Source: Podarcis cretensis
Lineage: Eukaryota
DNA length: 64,000 bases
Assembly (NCBI GenBank): GCA_951804945.1
Contig: OX638154.1
Span: forward strand, 39,990,001-40,054,000
Direction of reading: 5' to 3'
The notes beneath the pieces are model-generated. The model was not told the DNA's origin. It saw only the letters and a list, made by a program, of their open reading frames with translations, and searched no databases. Of this stretch, positions 50,493 to 64,000 are shown piece by piece. Every line of letters starts with the position of its first letter. Position 1 is the first letter of the stretch. The translations under genes were made by a program, and so were the position numbers.

Positions 50493-50984
50493 GGAACACA
50501 GAACTGCTTTAGATTTGCATGGGTTAATGTGTACAGATGTAAATTTGGAAATTATTATTTAAATAGAAACACGTTGCATCTCTGCATCGTGGGGAAGACT
50601 GTGGCCAGGTGATCTGCACTGCCCAGGTGCTGACTCTTGATGTGCAACATGCCCTCTCACCTTATGGTTCTTTATCTGTAAACAAGACATGGACTGAACA
50701 ACCCTTCAAATGAGATGACTGTCCTCTGACAGGCCTACAAACAGAAGACTGTCCTCTGAAAAGTCGGACACATGGCCATCAGAGATGATAATCCTGCTGT
50801 GTGATTATTAAGTGAAAAGAGTTAGCCACCCCTGCCTTGGAGCTATAAACACAGAGTACAGTGTACCCCAGACAGCTTCGTGAATCATCATCTTCTTACA
50901 ACTCATATTACAGATGGTTGTGCTCTAAGCCCTTTACCAACATCTTTCTTGCTTCTCCCCCCTTCTTGTTTGTTTAACATCCAG

Positions 50985-51085
50985 CTGTAGGAAGAGTTCA
51001 GTGAATCACAAAAGCTAGCTCAGCACTTCATGACCTTCAGTTGCTCCTAATAAATGTATTATGATACTGCATCTTAGATTTTTCC
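50985..51085 (+). mobile_element. Penelope-derived terminal fragment
   Basis: ctgtaggaagagttcagtgaatcacaaaagct...ttcagttgctcctaataaatgtatt resembles PLE pLTR ends. Confidence 0.4.
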
Positions 51086-52039
51086 CCTCCTTCTTCTAAT
51101 GGATCAACATGACTTCTTCTATTTTTTGTCAAAACAGCAAATGGAGGTGGGCCCAGCTGTGAGGTGCAAGAGTTGTGCTTCCTCAACTATAATGTCCCAT
51201 TGTAAATTTAAACTGGCTGATCATTTTTGCAAGGATGCCTTATCTCTAGCTTGGCAGGAAGAATTCAAAGAAACTGAACCACACACAAAGTTTCCCAATA
51301 GAGATGGAGCAGGGATGTCTTCAACTCATCTGTTATGGGGTGAGAGGGCCTAAATATTCATCAGAGCTGCTAATTCTCTTAATTGTGAATTGGGGGGAGT
51401 TACTAAATAATGAAAAATACCTAAAGTGCAATTCCATTAAGAACTGTGTTTTACTCAATGGTGAAGTGTTTTACATGTCTCCTTTGTTGTTAACCTGTTC
51501 GTGATTCTTTCTGTACCACTGTTCCCAGTTAAGAGAAGAGACTCTTCTTAAGAAGAAAGAAAGTGAAACATTTTTTGTGCAGAGTGCCTTTTAATGACTA
51601 GCAGGAAAAAAAACATAGGTTATTTCATTGGGAACAAAAATAGAGGAAAGTTAAAAAAAAAGACCACCAAATTCAATCTGCAAAAGCAGCTGGAATCAAA
51701 TATGAAATTTTGAAGAGACTTTGAAACTTCACTTGAGTCTGCAAAAAGAGAAGCAAAGAATGCTGAATAAAGTTCTTCTGCCTTCACAAGTTTTGTCAGA
51801 GAGATATCCTGGTACTTCACTGGCTTTGAAGTTCTGTCGATGCAGTGATGTATGGGAGAAAAGTGTGGTCCATGTTTTTTCCCCCTATGATTTCTATTCT
51901 GCCATTTGCAATCAAAGACCCTCCTGTTTTTGGCGTATTCGCCATATTAAGTTATTTATTAGCAGATTACATTCCTTGACTTTCTTTGGTGGTATGCATG
52001 TGTGTATCCGCAAAACTAGTAGAGCAGACTAGGAATCAG

Positions 52040-52544
52040 TTATTTGCTTAGAAGTAACTTTTCCTAAGAAACAAGATGCTTTTCTCTTAGGTATTAAAGG
52101 TCCAGAGATCCTGAAGGACCAGATTAAACTATTTATGTATGCGACCACAGCTGCACAGATTCTGTTAGCCCAAAAATGGAAAGATGCTACAACTCTGACC
52201 AAGGAAGAGTGGCAGAAAAAAATTGATGAACTATGCTGAGATGGCAAAACTTACAGGAAGAGTTAGAAACCAGGAAGAGGTGGACTTTAATAACGAATGG
52301 GGGAAGTTTACAATCTATTTGAAAAACTATTGTAAACAATTACATACATTGGTAGGAATGACAGAAAACTTGTAGCAAAAAATTGAACTATGGAATGATA
52401 AATGATTTATGAGAATAGAGTTATGAAAGAGATGCAGAGGAGGAAATAATTATATTAAGATCCACAATGGGGGGGGGTGAAGTCAAAGGGGATTTTATGT
52501 TTATGTTTTCATTTCGCTTGTATATGTAAAATAGAAAATTCAAA
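52040..52544 (+). mobile_element. L1-clade LINE, 5'-truncated 3' end
   Basis: With one frameshift it encodes FPKKQDAFLLGIKGPEILKDQIKLFMYATTAAQILLAQKWK...EEWQKK/LMNYAEMAKLT...F..EWGKF..YL, typical of squamate L1 ORF2 C-termini. TSD aggaatcag at 52031-52039 and 52545-52553. Confidence 0.85.
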
Positions 52545-55500
52545 AGGAATCAGCTGGTGAAATTGATGGTTTGACCTTTATTCTCCGGGAAACTGCCCTT
52601 AAGCAGTTATCATAGGTTGCTAATGTCACCATATAACTTTTTATCTCTATTATTTTCCTTTTGTACAGCATTTGAAACTGAATCTGTAATGTTTTCAGCT
52701 TTGGTCTATTGAACATAATATCTGTCTGTCAATAATTTGTCACATCTGTTTAACAGATATCCTATTTCTAGGCTAATTGTCCTGAATAAGAGAAATTGCT
52801 CTTGTTGCTTTTAACTCACAAGCTTAATACAACTGCTCTGTACTATTGTGATCTGATCTTATGGGCCACTTTGCATGCTATGAGACAGAAAGGCTCTTTT
52901 CCTCATTGAGCATTGCAATATGTGGAGGAGAGAGGAGTGTCTGAAAATACCTGGGAGATTCAGTTGGCCCAAGTTCCTGAGCTCTCGATGTATTTTCAAA
53001 CAAATGCATCTTTCCTTGCAGATCTTTCTCACTTGGTGCCATTGTCTTTGCTTGACGTGAGCTGTGAGCAAGCCTCTCCAACTGTTAAGAGATAATACTA
53101 AATCAATCATATGAAGAGAAACAATTTTAGCTTGAAATGTGTCAGGATAAGCCATGTGCTCTATCTGTCAACCAAGCACAGTTCCCAAAATTTTGTCAAG
53201 CACTGGAATTACAATGATTGGCACCTAGGATAAGACAATGTAGTTGCAGCAAGGTGCAGCGAGGCAAATAGGACAGGGTTGATTCTCAGAGGCTGGGGTC
53301 ACAGGCTAAACTTCCACTGCACCCTTTTATTTTCCCCCACATGAGTGCATCTCATTGCATTCTACAGGGAAAAGGAGTACAGCATGACTCTCGTCACATT
53401 ATGGTAATTGTGTGAGGGGCAACGCCTGAAGAGTGCTATGGAACAGTATTTTCTGTACATGTGGTCACTATATCTATCCCTAGGAATCCTGCACAGGTTT
53501 GGAGGGCTGCATAAAAAAATGGAGTACCATTTTATATCTGTGCTATTTTGAAAGTTGTTTCACAGCATCCATACTTAAAATAATGTGCTATAAATTGTCT
53601 CTGACAGAGAAGCAAAGCCATTTGTGCTTCTGCATATGTGGAATAGCAGCAGGTGATTCTGCAACTCAGGATGAAGATCGCTGACACAGGGTGATATGCT
53701 GTGTCAGTGAAGCTAGAAACTGCAGCAACTGTTGCAGGCAAAACTGAGGCCCACTGGCACATCTGCAGTGAGAGAATTTGTGAGGAGCCATTTTCAGCTC
53801 GCTTCCCAGCATGAGCTGCCTTGCGTTTCTCAAAAACATCCAAATTCAATTAGCATGTTTTTATGTGTGTGCTTTCTAAAGAAAATACAGTGCTGAATCC
53901 TGGGTCCTTGCTGCTATTTCTGCTAGTGATTTATTTTTATTTTTATTTTTTGCTTGCTTCTGCAGAAATTAATGAGCCATGAGGATACACAATTGGGCAT
54001 GTTGCACCTGGAGTCGCGCTCAGTGATTACACAATAGTTTGAGGGGTTAAAGAGAAATCAACAGCAGAACACTTGTAAATGTCCAGGGATTGCCACCAGC
54101 CCACATAGTGGAGGCAGATTCATCCTGCTGTGGTCCCCAACCTCCATACTGGGAAGCAAATTCCACTGATATAAAGTGGACTTCATTCTGAGTATACTAG
54201 TGCTGTACCAAAATCTGCCTCTGGTTTTTTGGAGGTTTTTTGCCCACTGTGAAAGAGGCTTAAACTTTTCTGCCTCATTCTTAGGACTCTTGAGGATTTC
54301 TCTGGCGACTGTGGGAAACCATGTATTAATGCCAGTTCTGCTGTGGTTTAATGCCTTACCACCACCACCTTTATAGAGTTTTTGTGATGGATCACTGATC
54401 TGTCATTTGAACAACTACTTTCTATGCACACAGTTCCTCTTCTGTATACCTTACCCTTAACCCTTCTTTCCATATAAAGCCTCTTTACATCACTTCAACC
54501 TTTGAGCATGGCTTGTTCACACTGCACGATAGCTCTTTTCCATTGCTTGAGTAGCTCAAAGAGGCTGTGCTGTAAACTTGGGACCTTGCTGTTCCCAAAT
54601 CCTGCCTAATGCTTTATTTAGGAAACATAGGTTGTTCTCATTCCTTGGCTTCACCTGTGGAAATAATTCTTGAAAGAGAGAGAGAGAGAGAGAATAAGTG
54701 AACAATAGAGCACCTGAAATGATTTCTCATGGCTTATGTGACATTTTTACACTGGCTTGATGTAGTTCAGAGACCCTTATGCAGAATATTATGAACAGAG
54801 CTGCACTCACGCCTGTCACTCGGCGGGAGGTGGGAGAAGATTAATGCCATGCCCTAAAGATTCTCCTCACGTTGCAGGGAGAAGGGCAAGACAGTCAAAG
54901 CAGAGGGGAGGCTGGGCCCCTGCCTGTAAAAATGATAGGCCTTCTTACACCAAGCCTAGGGGAGGCAGGTGAACTCTGTATGGAAGAGGTGGGAACATTG
55001 ACTCTTGAAGGTTATTTGAATTAAAAGGGTGGAGGGGCGTTCTTCTTTTAACTGCAGCCAGAGAAGAGCCACAGAAAGGTTACATACATAGTTCAGTTCA
55101 AGGAAACCTTATTGCCATGAAAAAACTTTACATAAATTGCCAAGGTTTGTGAAAGCGATAGATCCCCTCAGGCCAATCCCAGGAAGTTTTCATTGGACCA
55201 GGTAATTAGCATTTGCTATGGGGGAGTCATTCCAAGAAGTTGTGAAAGGGAAGACATGAGGGAATAGATGGGTTTTCTGCTCATTACCCAATACCAAAGT
55301 TTGGTGTGCAATTTATTCCAGTACAGCTGGAGGGTATCTCTTTACCCTCCTGAGTGAAGCTAGGCATACTAATCAACATCTACATAGGACTGCCACTTTG
55401 TCCACGGCGGAGCTGCCTCCTCACCAAGCCTGCTGTTGTGTCTGAATTTGCACATGTGAATTCATTTAAATTTAGGCAAATTTAAAATCGGTGATTGCCG

Positions 55501-56024
55501 AACACTGCCTCTCAACTAAGATCACCCAAACACTGCAAGATGACAGAGCCAAAATAATGAGGCTATTTTAAGGCTGACCTCAAGCTAGCATGGAGAAAAT
55601 ATATTGCCCTTGTAATACATAATAGTACTAAGGAGAATTGTAAGCATTGTATCCGTTTCTATCCATTTAAAGTTTCATAATTGCAGGCAATTATGAGATG
55701 TGTCATTAATTGTTTTAATTGCTATAAGGGCTGAAGATTAAGAGTGCAAGGTGATATTTCCCACTATCAACAGAGCAGTGCTTTTTCACAAACTTACATT
55801 GATTTCAGTTAGAGATATAAATTTCTGGAAATTTTGAAGCTATTGTGAATTCCCCCCATACCCTTTTTTTAAAGGACATGTTGAGAAAATTTTAATATAT
55901 GCAGTACATTATTTCTTATTAAACCTGGACTTATTTCACTCCATTTACAACATAAAGGGGGCTCATTTACAACTTAATAAGAATATGAAATTTGGCTATA
56001 TGGTTGGAACAGGGAACAGGATAT

Positions 56025-56389
56025 AAAAGGTAAAGGTAAAGGTACCCCTGCCCATACGGGCCAGTCTTGACAGACTCTGGGGTTGTGCGCCCATCTCACT
56101 TAAGAGGCCAGGGGCCAGAGCTGTCCGGAGACACTTCCGGGTCACGTGGCCAGCGTGACATCGCTGCTCTGGCGAGCCAGAGCCGCACACAGAAACGCCG
56201 TTTACCTTCCCGCTGGTAAGCGGTCCCTATTTATCTACTTGCACCCGGAGGTGCTTTCGAACTGCTAGGTTGGCAGGCGCTGGGACCGAGCAGCGGGAGC
56301 GCACCCCGCCGCAGGGATTCGAACCGCCGACCTTTCGATCGGCAAGTCCTAGGTGCTGAGGCTTTAACCCACAGCGCCACCTGCGTCCC
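56025..56389 (-). mobile_element. Sauria SINE, full-length young copy
   Basis: Reverse complement of the 27809 copy with about 7 substitutions by eye. TSD gaacaggatat at 56014-56024 and 56391-56401. Confidence 0.95.
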
Positions 56390-59300
56390 TGAACAGGATA
56401 TGGCTGTGGGCAATTAGAGAAATTGTCTGGAAGTTTGCTTAGAAATAATACCCTCTTCGTATAGTGGCTCTTACTTCCCAACAAACACAAATACGATGGC
56501 AACCTTGAAAGTATAAATGTTATTGGCTGCAGTCCTAGGGGCCTTTTTCAGCCTGAGGACCATAACTCCTTATGGGCTACACGCTGGTGGCAAAAAGTGG
56601 GTGAAGTAGTGGATGCAATTCATACCTATGTATAGTGGGCTACATTCCAGTAGTTACACGCATCAGAGGTTTCTACATGCCTACAACCATCTCTCTATCC
56701 AGGCAAGCAAGATGCTTTATCACAGTGCAAGGAGACATTCTAGCTGGTTGAGGAGAACATGGAACAGGACCAATAAGAGATTTGGGCTGGGGGAAGACAG
56801 AAGAGGCTTAGAGGGCTACATGTGGACCCTAGCTTGAGGTTCCCCACCCCTCTTATATGAACTTACCTGGGGGTCCCATTGAAGCAGACATGCATTGGAT
56901 TGTACCTTTGTACCAAGATGCCTGTGTCATAGCCACTGGAAGTGAGAGGTGTGAAGATTAACCCCAAGGGAGCGGCCAGGTCAATAAGACATCAGATTCA
57001 GGATACTTGCTTCTAGAATCTCCAAAATCACCAAAAAAAGGCAAGCAGCAACTTACAGAAAATGAAGGCCCTGTATGCTCATCTCATGAAGATGGCAGCC
57101 TCTTGTATCTTGATTCTAGTGTGGCATAAATCTACAGTATAGATAGGAGCTATAATTTTCTGTAGCTTCTTCATTTTGTGTTGGGGCAGAACAAACTTAA
57201 GTGGGGCTGAGGGGTTGCAGATCCACTGCTGCATCTCAAGCCTGGCTGGCTTGCTCCAGGCAGAGTGGAAGACAGGGAGGTGGTTGTTTTGTATTCAGTT
57301 TAGATTGGAGGGGTGTGTGGAGGATCAGGGTCCCTGGAGGATTTCTGAGGATTTGGTTCTTGTGGATCCAAAACTACTGGCATATTGCCCTGCATCAGCC
57401 CTTTCAGAGCTTTCTGCCCACCTGGGCATAGACCATGGCATAGCAGATCACCATCACAAACTCCTCTCTTTCTGCAGAGGCTAATGGAGATGTACCTACA
57501 GACCATGCATAACTAAATATATTGCTGGCCCAGTTAGCTTTTAGTGCTGGGATACTTGTAGAAATAAATTTGTATTTTTATTTTGTATTACTGTTGTACC
57601 GTGGATGTTTTTCATCATTAAAGCTGTGTTGTATGTACTTTGCTCAGGAAGTCAGCCAATAAATATTTTGAATAATAAAAGCATGTGACGTACGACTGTA
57701 TTATAAAACCTTGTATTAAAACAGATTCCAGTGAGTCCTCCCACCATGTCCCCCCACCAAATACCAATATTTTTCATTAGAAAAGATAGAATCAAGACAC
57801 ACTTGTGTGTGTAGTAAAGACGGTAAATGGGTTTTAAAAGCAATCCAAATCCCCAGAAATCCTCCAAAAACAATCTAAACTTTTCTTGCTAGTTTTTCTA
57901 TTCTGGGAACGCTTGCGAATATGTTTGTGTAGCATTCATCATTTTGTCTATCAGTAAATTTCAATTGTTATCAAGGGATCTGTTTCAGTGATGTGTGCAG
58001 GAATGTGGGAATTGACATTTACTAATAAAAATAAAATCCTGCCAACTCTATACAGAAAAGCTCCATAGGAATGCGAGTTCCAAGAGCCTGTAATTAGAAC
58101 TTGCACCTGGTGCCCTGTCACAAAGTCTCACAGCAACTTACATTGATGTTGACTTCATAGTCTTGTTGCTGTTTTGAAAAGTAAGAAAGAAAAGTTCTGG
58201 GAAAGACAAAGGAGTTTTTGGACTCTGTTACATTAATGCTGGGAGGGTTGGTTTCTTCTTGAATGATGTGAACACCTACAATTCTGGCTATGTTTGTCAG
58301 CAAGACCATTCCAACAATTGGCAGGGCTGCAAAGAGATTAAAAGTGTGTTCCCAAAATTTGGAAATATTTAAAGATACAGGGGAAACACTATACATTTGC
58401 ATAGGAGTACTTCAGTCTCAATCTGAAAATATAGCAAATAAATATATTTTTTCTTTACTAGGACTGTCACTCACTTTAATAATAAATCTTGGTTCATTTC
58501 AAATGAGTTTTAGTCAATTAACTGGTAGATTATCTGATTGAATATGTTTATGAATAAAAAGAACTATAAAGATAAATTAAAAGTGTGATAAAATAACCTT
58601 TCCGGCTCATTATATCATCTGCAGAGTCCAAGATATTATTTTACCCTTACATTGTTTGCAGTCTTGCTGCTAGTATTCAGAGATACACTCCCTCTGCTTA
58701 TGGAAGTTCCATTTAGCTGTTGTTGCTAATAGCCATTTATACTTCCTCCGGTTTAATCCAGCAGATCCAAGTAGGCTGAACTAATGTCAAGAAGGTGGCT
58801 TGGTGGCTCTGTCCCATCAGACTTGCCACTACTGTAAATGTTGGTTGGTTATTGTATCTTATTTACTGCATGGTGAAAAATCATCCTGATACTAAACTGC
58901 AAACCAACAACTGAATTTCAGTGCCTCTCTGGGCCCAGATTTTCTCCCACAACACACACACAATCCTTTTTCTTTTACTTCAAGGCAAATAATGCTGTTC
59001 CTTGGAGCTTATTTCTTGCAACACTTTTATTAAACACAACACAAAATGCTTAATCAATTAATCGGTTCAGTTAATTGACTAATGTTGCTGCTCCACTCTT
59101 CAGGGGTTTCTGAAAATACAGTATGTGTTGTGCATTTTCAAGATTTAGTGCTAGACTGAGGATGAATGTACAGTACTCAGGGCAAGTTGTCGTCAGTATC
59201 TCCCAGAACACTAGTTTTTAAATTTTATTTTCTTGAGCACTACTGCTCCAGTTTGCTTATTCTTGGCAGACCACATTTCTTCCTTTATGGCCTCCATGTG

Positions 59301-62300
59301 AGAAGCCACTTGAAAGACCTGAATTAAAATCCAACTTCCCCTGCCCTCCAGTGGAAGTCTGCTGGACACCTGGGCTAAAGGGAGAGGAGAATCATTGCTA
59401 TCTTGCAAGTGGATGCTATTAGATTTATACAAGATCCATTGAGCTGCAATTGCCTTGTGTGTGCATCTTGTAGATGTGCCCATGAGTGCTCATATGACCA
59501 GAGGTGGAGCCTATTGCTTTCTGCTGTCTGTGTGGAGTTAGAGCCCTACTGTATGACTTGGCCTTGACTCTGCATGATGTACCATACCACCTGCCTCCAA
59601 TTTCTAAACTGCTCTAACTCATCTTTTTCTGAAATTTGGACTGCTTGAACCTCTTACCTAGGAAATGCTCTAGACCATATTTCCTAGGACAAATGTTTTT
59701 AATTTTATTATTGGCCCCACTGCTACACTACTGTTCCACACCACTCTATCAGAATTTCTTGTAAAGAAACTGTTGTCATATGTGTATCTATTTTTTGTCA
59801 CCCCTCAGAGCACCCTTTGCTGGTTGTGAAGTAATTGCCTAGCAAATGTTTTAGTGTCGGGAGCCACAGAGGCACAGGAGCCTCTGGAAGTAAATTGTAG
59901 TGAAACTCTGTGCCCTATAACCCTAAAATGTGTAAGTCCCATGAAAACAGCTTTGTGTTTGAGCTGGATTTTCTGGCTGGTGAGTCCGGCATGGGGGTGG
60001 GGTGGGGGGTTGGACAAGGAGTAAATGCTAGATGCCCAGATGATTTACAAGCATTTAGGATTGGGTTGAGGGCTAAGAAAAGTAAAGAAGGGCCATCAAT
60101 TGATCAGGAAGGCCATAAATGTTCCTAGTGTCCTGAAAAGAAGTGAGATGAACCAGCAGAAATGCATAAGGATGGAAAGAGCTGGGAAATAAAATGAGGA
60201 GGGTAAAACGCAAACCATTTTAAATTTGAAGTTAAACTGCTTTTCCAGATGGTTTTCTATACATGATCCTGAATATAGTTGCTGCACTGAAACCAGGGAG
60301 CTCTGTTGTTGTTAAGTTAATCAAATATATTTTGCTCAATGTTTACACCCATTCCGGTGAGATATCTCTTCTGATAATGATTATGCTGGATGGGTGGAAT
60401 ACATAAGGTTGAGATTGATTGCAGTTGGTACAGGCTTTAAAAAAGTAACGGTTTGGCTTATGTATTGAGAGCTGAAGCTATAGGCTCTCTCATCTTAATG
60501 GAATTCAAGGCATACTTTAAAAAAATGAAATACCTATATATACCTTTTCCAATCTTGCCAAGTTCTGTGTTAAGGCAAGATGTTAAGGCACTTACTGGTC
60601 ATGTACACACAGTTCAGAATTTAAATAAATCTGCACTTTGTGTAGACGTGCAAAAGAAAAAAAAAGAATTGTAATTGGGTCAGAAACCTGCATTTACAAA
60701 TGTTTCCCCTTGAGTGGAAATTAAAATGAACATTTTCAGATTCTGAGCATACCCGCCTGGAGCATTTAAATAGAGTTTTGAATAGAATTAATGGATCCCT
60801 TAAAAGTAGCAGTCCATCTCACCCCTTCCTAACCCTGCCCATCCACCCCCACCCCAATAAACAGCAGCAGCAGCAGTGTTGGGAGGGTGGTGTCATGGCA
60901 CCACTCCACTCCGCTACTGTTCACACAAATGTAGAAGAGGCCAAAGCAGATATCCAGGAAGATATCATGGAGTCTTCTGACTTATACCAGCTGGACTACA
61001 ACTCCCATAATTCCTGGCCACTGGCTATTCTGGCTGCAGTTGATGAGAGATGGTGTCAAACAACATCTGGAGGGCCACAGGTTCCCCATAACACTAGTTT
61101 ATAAGAAATTAAACTACAGGAAATTAAGCTTAAGGAAAGTCTATGATAGGGGTGGCTTGAGAACTGCATTACCCCAATAAAAAGCTTTGAGGCAGTAGTG
61201 GACCAGGTTTCCCAGTGTGATGAGGTTGCCATGCAGTCACTCCTGCTCTTTAGAAGGGACCCAGTCCTCTAAGAAGGTCTTTCTAGCTTCACGGAAGACA
61301 CGGAGTTCATTTAAAAAAGAAAAAAAAGCTGTACCCACTATGCATAGTAGGCCAAAGTGTGAACAAGATGGATCCCCCTAGGAAGCACAGAGGACAGATC
61401 TTACTGTGTGAGCGGATCCACTCAACAGCAGTCAGTCCTAACTCCTGTCAAGTCCTACTTTCATGTCACCTCATGATCAAGTGTATCGAAGAGGACTAAA
61501 AAATCGAATAGGCTTAGCAGGATATAATTTCCACTGTCAGTTTCAAGATACAGATCAGTGACTGCAAGAATGCTGTGCTGCCTTATAGGGATGAAAACTG
61601 GGCTGGTATGGCTTCTTGTTGAGGAAATCCTTGGTTAGAGAGGGATTGGCAAAGAAGGATGCTCCTGTTGGCTCATTACTGCCCTTTCCCCTCTCATTAT
61701 GGCATTCGACTTTTAGATTAAACTTCCAGGTTCTCTTTTTCCTGTAATCACTTAAACGTAATAGAGAAATCTGGCTAAAATTAGTCTGAGGTCATTTAAG
61801 AGAAGCTACCTGACAAGCAAGACGTTTTAATTACTTTTAATTGATCTAAAAAAAGAGCATAAGCAGGTGGGATAACATACTGCTTCATTTTTCTCTGCTA
61901 GCAGATAATTTGTCCGATTTTAAGAGCGCTAGCACTTGTCCTTGCCTTAGTCAATCTTAGGACATTTTTGAATTGTCACTCAATTTGCACACGCATGCAC
62001 ACAATCACAATATCCCATGGACATTATTGTCTATTCAACAGGGGCCATTCAGCAAAGTATTACTGTAAGCTCTGCATCTGTCTTTCAAACCGCATGGCTG
62101 TGTGTTTGTCTGTGTTTAATATTATCATATAATTTGCAAACTACACGTGATTGAGGGGATGAGAGGTTAAAGCTGGTTTTCTCCTTTTGAATGAAGAAAA
62201 TCCAACATGAATTTATTCTAGCAGAAATTACTGTTAATGTCTTTGCTCTGAGTGCACTGGCTTTTCAGAAAGTGCAATGCTTTATGCAGCATTTCAGTCT

Positions 62301-62611
62301 CTCTTTTTAATGTTGTTTAGAATTACTCACTTTTAATTCCCCACTTAATCCTTTCCCACCTGCCTATCTGAGTCCCAAGGTTCCCAGCATGAACTTGCCT
62401 TGATGTTCATTTCCTTTCCCATTTTTATCACATTCCTGTTGTTTAATTGTCTGATCAGCAGTCACCAAACTGAAATGTTTCTAGCTTTCTCATAAGGGAA
62501 GCATAGTTTCTACCAATGCCAATGCAGAAGTAATGGCGAAATGGCTTTGGCTTTTCACAATGGATAATACTTTAAATCCATGTTTTCCCCCTACAACCAC
62601 CTGAGTCACAC

Positions 62612-62768
62612 CCACACCATACATTTAAAGCACTTAGCTTTCCCCAAAGAATCGTTGGAACAGTAGTTTGATATGAGTGCTGGGAATTGTAGCTCTGTGG
62701 TGGGTAAACTGCAGTTCCTTTGATTCTTTGGCAAAAACCATGTGCTTTAAATGTATAGGATGGATGCA
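62612..62768. mobile_element. Palindromic MITE
   Basis: catacatttaaagcac...ccaaagaatc / gattctttgg...gtgctttaaatgtata inverted arms. Confidence 0.65.
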
Positions 62769-62786
62769 TGTCTGGGATTTGGTATA

Positions 62787-63015
62787 CAGTCATACCTCAT
62801 GTTACTTCTGCTTCATGTTACGTTCTTTCAGGTTACGTCCCGCGGCAACCCGGAAGTACCGGAAAGCATTACTTCTGGGTTTCGCTGCTTGCGCATGTGC
62901 AGAAGTGGCAAATTGCAACCCGCGCGTGCACAGGCGCACCACTGCAGGTTGCATTCTTTTCATGTTGCAAACGGGCCTCCGGAACGGATCCCATTCGCAA
63001 CCAAAGGTACCACTG
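62787..63015. mobile_element. Tigger/pogo-like MITE, second family
   Basis: TA|CAGTCATACCTCATGTT ... AACCAAAGGTACCACTG|TA; CpG-rich interior differing from 1325-1550. Confidence 0.8.
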
Positions 63016-63942
63016 TACTGTGACTGCTTTGATTTACTTTCTTCTCCCCTTTTCTCTGGCAAAATGAGAACAAGGCACTTTAATGCAACCTCATACATTT
63101 AACTTACAGCTGCTGTTGTCATTCTTCTAAGAACCAAGTTAAATCCTAACAGCAGCAGTTCCACATGTTTAAACACAAAACTACTCTGAAAAGACAGTTG
63201 GGTGCCCACTTTTATTTGTTTATAATTTGAAGTATTTTTACCCTGCTGCTTGGCTGCAAAGGGCTCTCAGAGCAGCTTACAAGATAAATAAGAAGACAGT
63301 TTCATGCCCTCAGGTAGACAAAATACACAAAACAAAAGGAAAAGCCATTTGAAAGGGAGGTGCAAACTCAGGGCCACAGATCCCCTTACAAAGTTTACTT
63401 AACAACTAGCTGGAAAGGAAATGTTCAAGGAGAGGAGCCAAAGATGTCTGGTCTCTCAGCAGATCCAGTGGAGAAGCGCTGCTTCCCCTCTTCCCCTCTA
63501 ATATAGGCTGGTGAAATGGCGAATGTCAGGTGACAGTTGATGTGGGAAGCAGATGGTGCTGACCAGCAACTGAGAAGATGGCAACACTGCTTCCCTTCCC
63601 TCCCTGTGCTGTAACCTGTTAGAACTGGCTGCCGCCTGGTAACAGCTGATGGAGGAAAAAGCTTGATGGAGTTGGCAAAGGGGGTGGCTGAATAATTTGT
63701 AACTCTTTAGACTTCTGTGGCTTACATCCCCTCTCCCTAGATGCATTTCTTTCAGCCAGGACCATGCCTATTGTCTGTTCTGGTTCAGGGAAAAAGAAAC
63801 TAGGATGAGAGGTTGTGGAGTGCTAATAGCAGCAAGTAGGATGAGGGTTCTTTATTTCTCTTCACCTGGGCACATTTTTTGCTTTCAAAATCAACCCACC
63901 CACTTCCCTATTTCCTAGAGGACTGGGGCAGTTCTTTGTTTA

Positions 63943-64000
63943 AATCAGCAACCTTTTTCAGCCGTGGGCCAGTCCACCATCCCTCAGACAATGTGGTGGG
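63943..64000. mobile_element. Start of a hAT-Charlie-like MITE truncated by the window end
   Basis: tcagcaacctttttcagccgtgggcc resembles Charlie-type subterminal sequence. Confidence 0.4.

Noticed and set aside
62677-63102. Four overlapping ORFs
   Set aside because: They coincide with two adjacent MITEs and have no transposase motifs.
1-64000. Neighbouring PLXNA2 exons, CRISPR arrays or operon-like systems
   Set aside because: I did not see the expected preceding (…VFVGTKSGKLKK) or following (VTRVPVESC…) peptides. There are no regularly spaced repeat-spacer arrays or gene clusters.

Overview
Vertebrate genomic DNA from a squamate reptile (young Sauria SINEs; the repeat repertoire suggests a lacertid lizard, which is inference). 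The window is almost entirely intronic. The only host coding sequence I can support is one 135-nt, phase 0/0 exon at 47119-47253 (+) encoding part of the Sema domain of a class-A plexin, best matching PLXNA2 (equivalent to human exon 4). It is flanked by >47 kb of upstream intron and >16 kb of downstream intron. The rest is transposable-element debris plus some AT-rich, homeobox-motif-dense blocks that may be conserved enhancers. The elements are Sauria SINEs with TSDs, tRNA- and 5S-derived SINEs, L1, L2, CR1 and Penelope fragments, Tigger/hAT/Harbinger-type MITEs and solo LTRs. Nearly all ORFs in the supplied track are spurious. The most interesting observations are: (1) two diverged TG...CA-type elements that both open, 4 nt from their end, with an acidic ORF sharing a PLS[PS]RTRR-type basic motif; (2) an intact young solo LTR with a duplicated Oct/CCAAT module in sense orientation upstream of the exon; (3) near-identical inverted Sauria SINEs bracketing the exon; (4) Penelope-derived hammerhead-ribozyme remnants; (5) nested TE stacks. 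There is no evidence for a prokaryotic-type system. All family assignments are from memory of consensus sequences, not from database searches.
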